64,000 nt of DNA from an uncultured Chloroflexia bacterium (lineage in GTDB: Bacteria > Chloroflexota > Limnocylindria > Limnocylindrales > CSP1-4): positions 67,790 through 131,789 of the forward strand of contig CAVYGH010000005.1 of NCBI GenBank assembly GCA_963767945.1. Reading direction: 5' to 3'. This document shows, piece by piece, positions 60,544 to 64,000 of the stretch. How positions within the stretch are numbered: the stretch's first letter is position 1; each line of letters starts with the position of its first letter. A program made the translations under genes and the position numbers. The notes below the pieces were generated by a model. That model ran no database searches, was not told the DNA's origin, and saw nothing but the letters and a program-made list of their open reading frames with translations.

Positions 60544-62897
60544 ATGCAGCACGTCGCGCCCCTTGCCCCCCTGCTGCTCGCCGCCGCATTCGTTGGCTCG
60601 TTCGGTGCGCCCGCTGGCCCCGCCGGCCGTGACCTCGGCCGCTCCGGCGGCTGCGTCCGTCGACGGACCAGCCGCAGCGGTCCCTCCGCCCACCGTCGAC
60701 GCCGCGGCTCGCGAGTCTGCGCCCGCCGCCGAGGCCGACACCGGTCGCGACCTGAGCGCCGCGGGCCGCTGGATCGTGCTGCTGCGCGACGGCTCGAGCG
60801 TCAACGGCGCCGAGACGCGGGCCCGGCGGATCGGCGTCGCCGTCGACCGCACCTTCCGCAACGTCGTCCGCGGCTACTCCGCCCGCCTCAGCGACGTCCA
60901 GGTCGCCACGCTGCGTGCCGATCCGACCGTCGAGGCCGTCGTGCCCGACGAGGTCATCTCGATGACCGCGCAGTCGACGCCCCGCGGCGTGCGTCGCGTC
61001 TTCGCCACGCAGAACCCGATCTCGCGGATCGACGGCATCGACCAGCGCGTGGACGCCGACGTCGCGATCGTGGACACCGGGATCGACAAGGACCACGGCG
61101 ACCTCAACGTCGTGGGCGGGGTGAACTGCACCAGCACGAATCGGTCGGCCTGGGACGATGGCAACGGGCACGGGACACACGTCGCCGGCATCGTCGGGGC
61201 CATCGACAACGGCGCGGGCGTGGTCGGCGTCGCGCCGGGCGTCCGGCTGTGGGCCGTGCGGATCCTGAACTCCGGCGGCAGCGGGCTGATCTCGTGGTAC
61301 GTGTGCGGCCTCGACTGGATCACCGCCCAGCGCGACCGCGCCGATCCGAGCCGCCCGCTGATCGAGGCCGCGAACATGTCGGTCGCCAAGTCGGGCAAGG
61401 GACGACCACAACTGTGGGCAGACGAACCACGACCCGATGCATCGGGCCGTGTGCCGGCTCGTCGGCTCGGGCGTCACGGTCGTGGCCGCCGCCGGCAACA
61501 ACCACTTCAGCGCCTCCCGCCTCGTCCCCGCCAGCTACAACGAGGTGATCACGGTCTCCGCGCTGGCCGACAGCGACGGCCGCCCGGGGAGCCGCGGCGG
61601 CAAGGCGTGTTACTCGTGGGGCAGCTACGACAAGGACGACACGTTCGCGAACTTCTCCAACTACGGGTCGGACGTCGACCTCATCGCCCCCGGCAAGTGC
61701 ATCCTCTCGACGGTCCCGGGCGGCTACGGCTTCCTGTCGGGGACGTCCATGGCCGCGCCGCACGTCACGGCCGCCGCGGCGCTGTACAAGGCATCCCGTC
61801 CGACGGCGACCCCGAGCCAGGTCCGGAGCGCGCTGCGCGCGTTCGGCAACCACGACTGGAAGCAGTCGACCGACCCCGACGGCACGCACGAGCCGTTGCT
61901 CGACGTCGCGCGCATCGTGTTGCTCGGCGACTTCGCGATGTCGGCGCCGTCGCCGTCCAAGGTCCTGGGTCCGGCGGGCGGGTCGTTCCGGATCCGCGTC
62001 GAGGCGATCCGCGCCGAGGACGTCCCGGACCCGATCAGCCTCTCGGTCGATCCCGACTCGCCGCTCGGCGCCTCCCTGTCGGACACCCTGCTCTCGGGGT
62101 TCAGCGACTCGACCTCGCAATTGACCGTGAACGTTCCTGCCGGTACGGCCACCGGGACGTACTTCGTCAATGTGACGGGCGCGATCGGCGGGACCACGCA
62201 CACGGCGCGGGTCGCGATCGTGGTCGACACGATCGCCCCGACCATCGGCCGGCCGTGGCTCGGCATCGGCTCGACCAGCCCGCTCAGTGGCGGGCGATTC
62301 ACGGCACGAGCGGGATGGTCGGCGGCGCATGACGCGACGACCGCGATCAGCGGCTACCAGGTCCGCTGGAGCGCCGACGGTGGGTCGTGGGGGACGAAGA
62401 CCTCCGTCGGGTCTGCGGCGCGGTCTGCCGGGCATGGGTTCGTGGTCGGCCACAGCTACCGGATCCAGGTGCGGGCCAGGGACGCCGCGGGCAACTGGAG
62501 CGGATGGAGCCAGGCCGGCCCGTTCGAGGCCGACCTCGTCCAGGACGGCAGCGCCAGCCTCTCGAGGTCGGGCACCTGGCACGTGTCGCACTCCGGGTCG
62601 TGGTCCGGCGGCACGACGCGCTACACCAAGGCCCGCGGCGCGTCGATCGGCCGCTCGTTCACGGGCAAGGGGATCGCGCTCGTGGCGCCCATGGGCCCGA
62701 AGCGGGGCGCCGCCCGCGTGTACATCGACGGCGCCCTGGCGCGCAAGATCCACCTCGGCGCCAGGAGCCTCCATCCTCGCCGCCTCCTGTTCACGGCGAG
62801 CTGGAAGACCACGGCGACCCACTCCATCCGGGTGGTCGGGCTCGGCACGCGGCACCATCGACGTGTGGACGTGGACGCGTTCGTCATCCTCCGGTAG
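60544..62897 (+). CDS. Secreted subtilisin-like S8 serine protease with an I9 propeptide and a ~330-aa C-terminal extension; frame broken near 60628 and 61400
   Basis: Signal peptide MQHVAPLAPLLLAAAFVGSFGAPA (ORF 60448 frame). Propeptide plus VAIVDTGID and GHGTHVAG (ORF 60476). AAAGNN and SGTSMAAPHV (ORF 61437..62897). Confidence 0.85.
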
Positions 62898-62938
62898 CGC
62901 TGGAGGCGCCGTTCGCAAGCCGGGTGATTGCGATCGGG

Positions 62939-62947
62939 TGGTAGAGT
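62939..62947 (+). promoter_or_regulatory. Candidate extended -10 element (TGgTAGAGT) upstream of ku
   Basis: TGn plus a TAnnnT hexamer, 71 nt upstream of GTG 63018. No clear -35. Confidence 0.3.
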
Positions 62948-63017
62948 CACCGTCCGGTCGAAGGCGGCCTCGCGAGCCGCCCGCGCACGACCCTGCGACA
63001 CGAGGACGGAGCACGCC

Positions 63018-63968
63018 GTGGCACGCTCGATGTGGAAGGGGGCCATCCAGTTCGGCCTGGTCACCATCCCGGTCAAGCTGTACACCGCGACCGAGTCGCA
63101 GTACACGATCCGGTTCAACATGCTCCACGAGACCGACCTCTCGCGGATCCAGATGAAGGTCTGGTGTCCCGAGGACGAGGAGGTCATCTCTCGCTCCGAC
63201 ACGGTGAAGGGCTACGAATACGCCCCGGAGCAGTACGTCGTGATCACCGACGAGGACCTCGAGAAGGTCCCGCTCAAGACGGTCCGCTCGATCGAGATCG
63301 AGCAGTTCGCCCCGCGCGACGAGTCGACCGAGGAGCACGTCAAGTTCACGAAGCAGTCGTACTACATCGAGCCCGACAAGATCGGCCGCAAGGCGTTCTT
63401 CCTGCTGCGGCAGGTGCTGGCGGAGCGCAACCTCACGGCGATCTGCAAGGTCGTCATCCGCGATCGCGAGGCGCTGGCCTCCCTCGACCCGTTCGAGGAC
63501 ACGATGCTCCTGACCACGCTCCACTGGCCCGACGAGATCCGGTCGGCCGACGAGCTGGACATCGGGGACACCGAGTTCGAGTTCAAGCCGGCCGAGATCA
63601 AGATGGCGGAGCAGCTCGTCGAGGCGATGACCGAGTCGTTCGACCCGAGCCGCTACAAGGACGAGTACCGCGAGGCGCTGCTCAAGGTCATCGAGGCCAA
63701 GGTCGAGGGCGTCGAGATCGAGGTCCCGGAGCAGGTCGAGGAGAGCGCGAACCTCGTCGACCTCATGAAGCTCCTCGAGGCCAGCGTGAAGGCCGCGACC
63801 GACACCAAGGCCGAGGGCGCCAAGGCGCCGACCTCCGTGGCGGATGCGAAGAAGGCGCGCGAGAAGCGGCCAGCCGCGGCGAAGAAGCCGGCCGCCGCGA
63901 AGACCGCCGCCAAGGCCGACGACGAGGCCGAGGAGGCTCGACCCGCGCGTCGACGGAAGAGCGCATAG
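63018..63968 (+). CDS. ku: Non-homologous end-joining protein Ku
   Basis: ORF 62928..63968 read from GTG 63018 (VARSMWKGAIQFGLVTIPVKLYTA). GGAG lies 7 nt upstream. Lys/Ala-rich basic C-terminal tail. Confidence 0.9.
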   Translation: MARSMWKGAIQFGLVTIPVKLYTATESQYTIRFNMLHETDLSRIQMKVWCPEDEEVISRSDTVKGYEYAPEQYVVITDEDLEKVPLKTVRSIEIEQFAPRDESTEEHVKFTKQSYYIEPDKIGRKAFFLLRQVLAERNLTAICKVVIRDREALASLDPFEDTMLLTTLHWPDEIRSADELDIGDTEFEFKPAEIKMAEQLVEAMTESFDPSRYKDEYREALLKVIEAKVEGVEIEVPEQVEESANLVDLMKLLEASVKAATDTKAEGAKAPTSVADAKKAREKRPAAAKKPAAAKTAAKADDEAEEARPARRRKSA

Positions 63969-64000
63969 GCTCGCCCGAGGTCCCCGCGAGCCGCCGCGTC

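Noticed and set aside
59084-61501. 805-aa ORF on the minus strand, and similar long antisense ORFs (e.g. 12426..13955, 15896..17767, 18407..19957, 61320..63524)
   Set aside because: They are antisense to genes with clear family motifs. Their sequences are low-complexity and Arg/Gly/Asp-rich, with no recognisable motifs.

Overview
Very GC-rich (by eye about 70%), gene-dense 64-kb chromosomal segment. Gene content and signals look actinobacterium-like: GTG/TTG starts, 4-nt ATGA/GTGA start-stop overlaps, TAnnnT and TGn-extended -10 boxes, Tad-pilus parts, ECF sigma modules and Ku. I call about 60 protein-coding genes, one tRNA (His, GUG) and a few operator, promoter and terminator candidates. 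I see no rRNA, CRISPR array, transposase, integrase or phage genes. Content is mostly housekeeping and envelope/proteolysis. It includes nrdJ with tandem NrdR boxes, a TadE/TadG pair, YihY, a CcsA-like protein, and a HAD phosphatase followed by three tandem lipoprotein paralogs. Next come add, pepA, a prepilin peptidase, an M23 peptidase, glgC, pgm and a sugar-ABC ATPase. There are also a TetR-controlled flavoenzyme operon, a protease-MoxR-DUF58-vWA-vWA operon, two ECF sigma/membrane-partner modules, a MacB-type ABC exporter, bioY, an S8 protease and ku. Five things deserve a second look. (1) A translationally coupled pair beside tRNA-His: a cytoplasmic papain-like Cys/His protein plus a 75-aa hyperacidic protein. 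(2) A YbjN-like gene coupled to two paralogous membrane-anchored HExxH (M1-like) proteins. (3) Four copies of a 17-bp palindrome in the divergent promoter region of add. (4) A DUF2130-like PD-(D/E)xK coiled-coil protein near ku. (5) Roughly 30 frame breaks, mostly equivalent to single-base insertions, that hit many conserved genes and cluster densely at two loci; assembly indel error is the likeliest cause, but this needs read-level checking. None of these is a demonstrably novel system. All family names come from motif recognition by eye; no database search was run.
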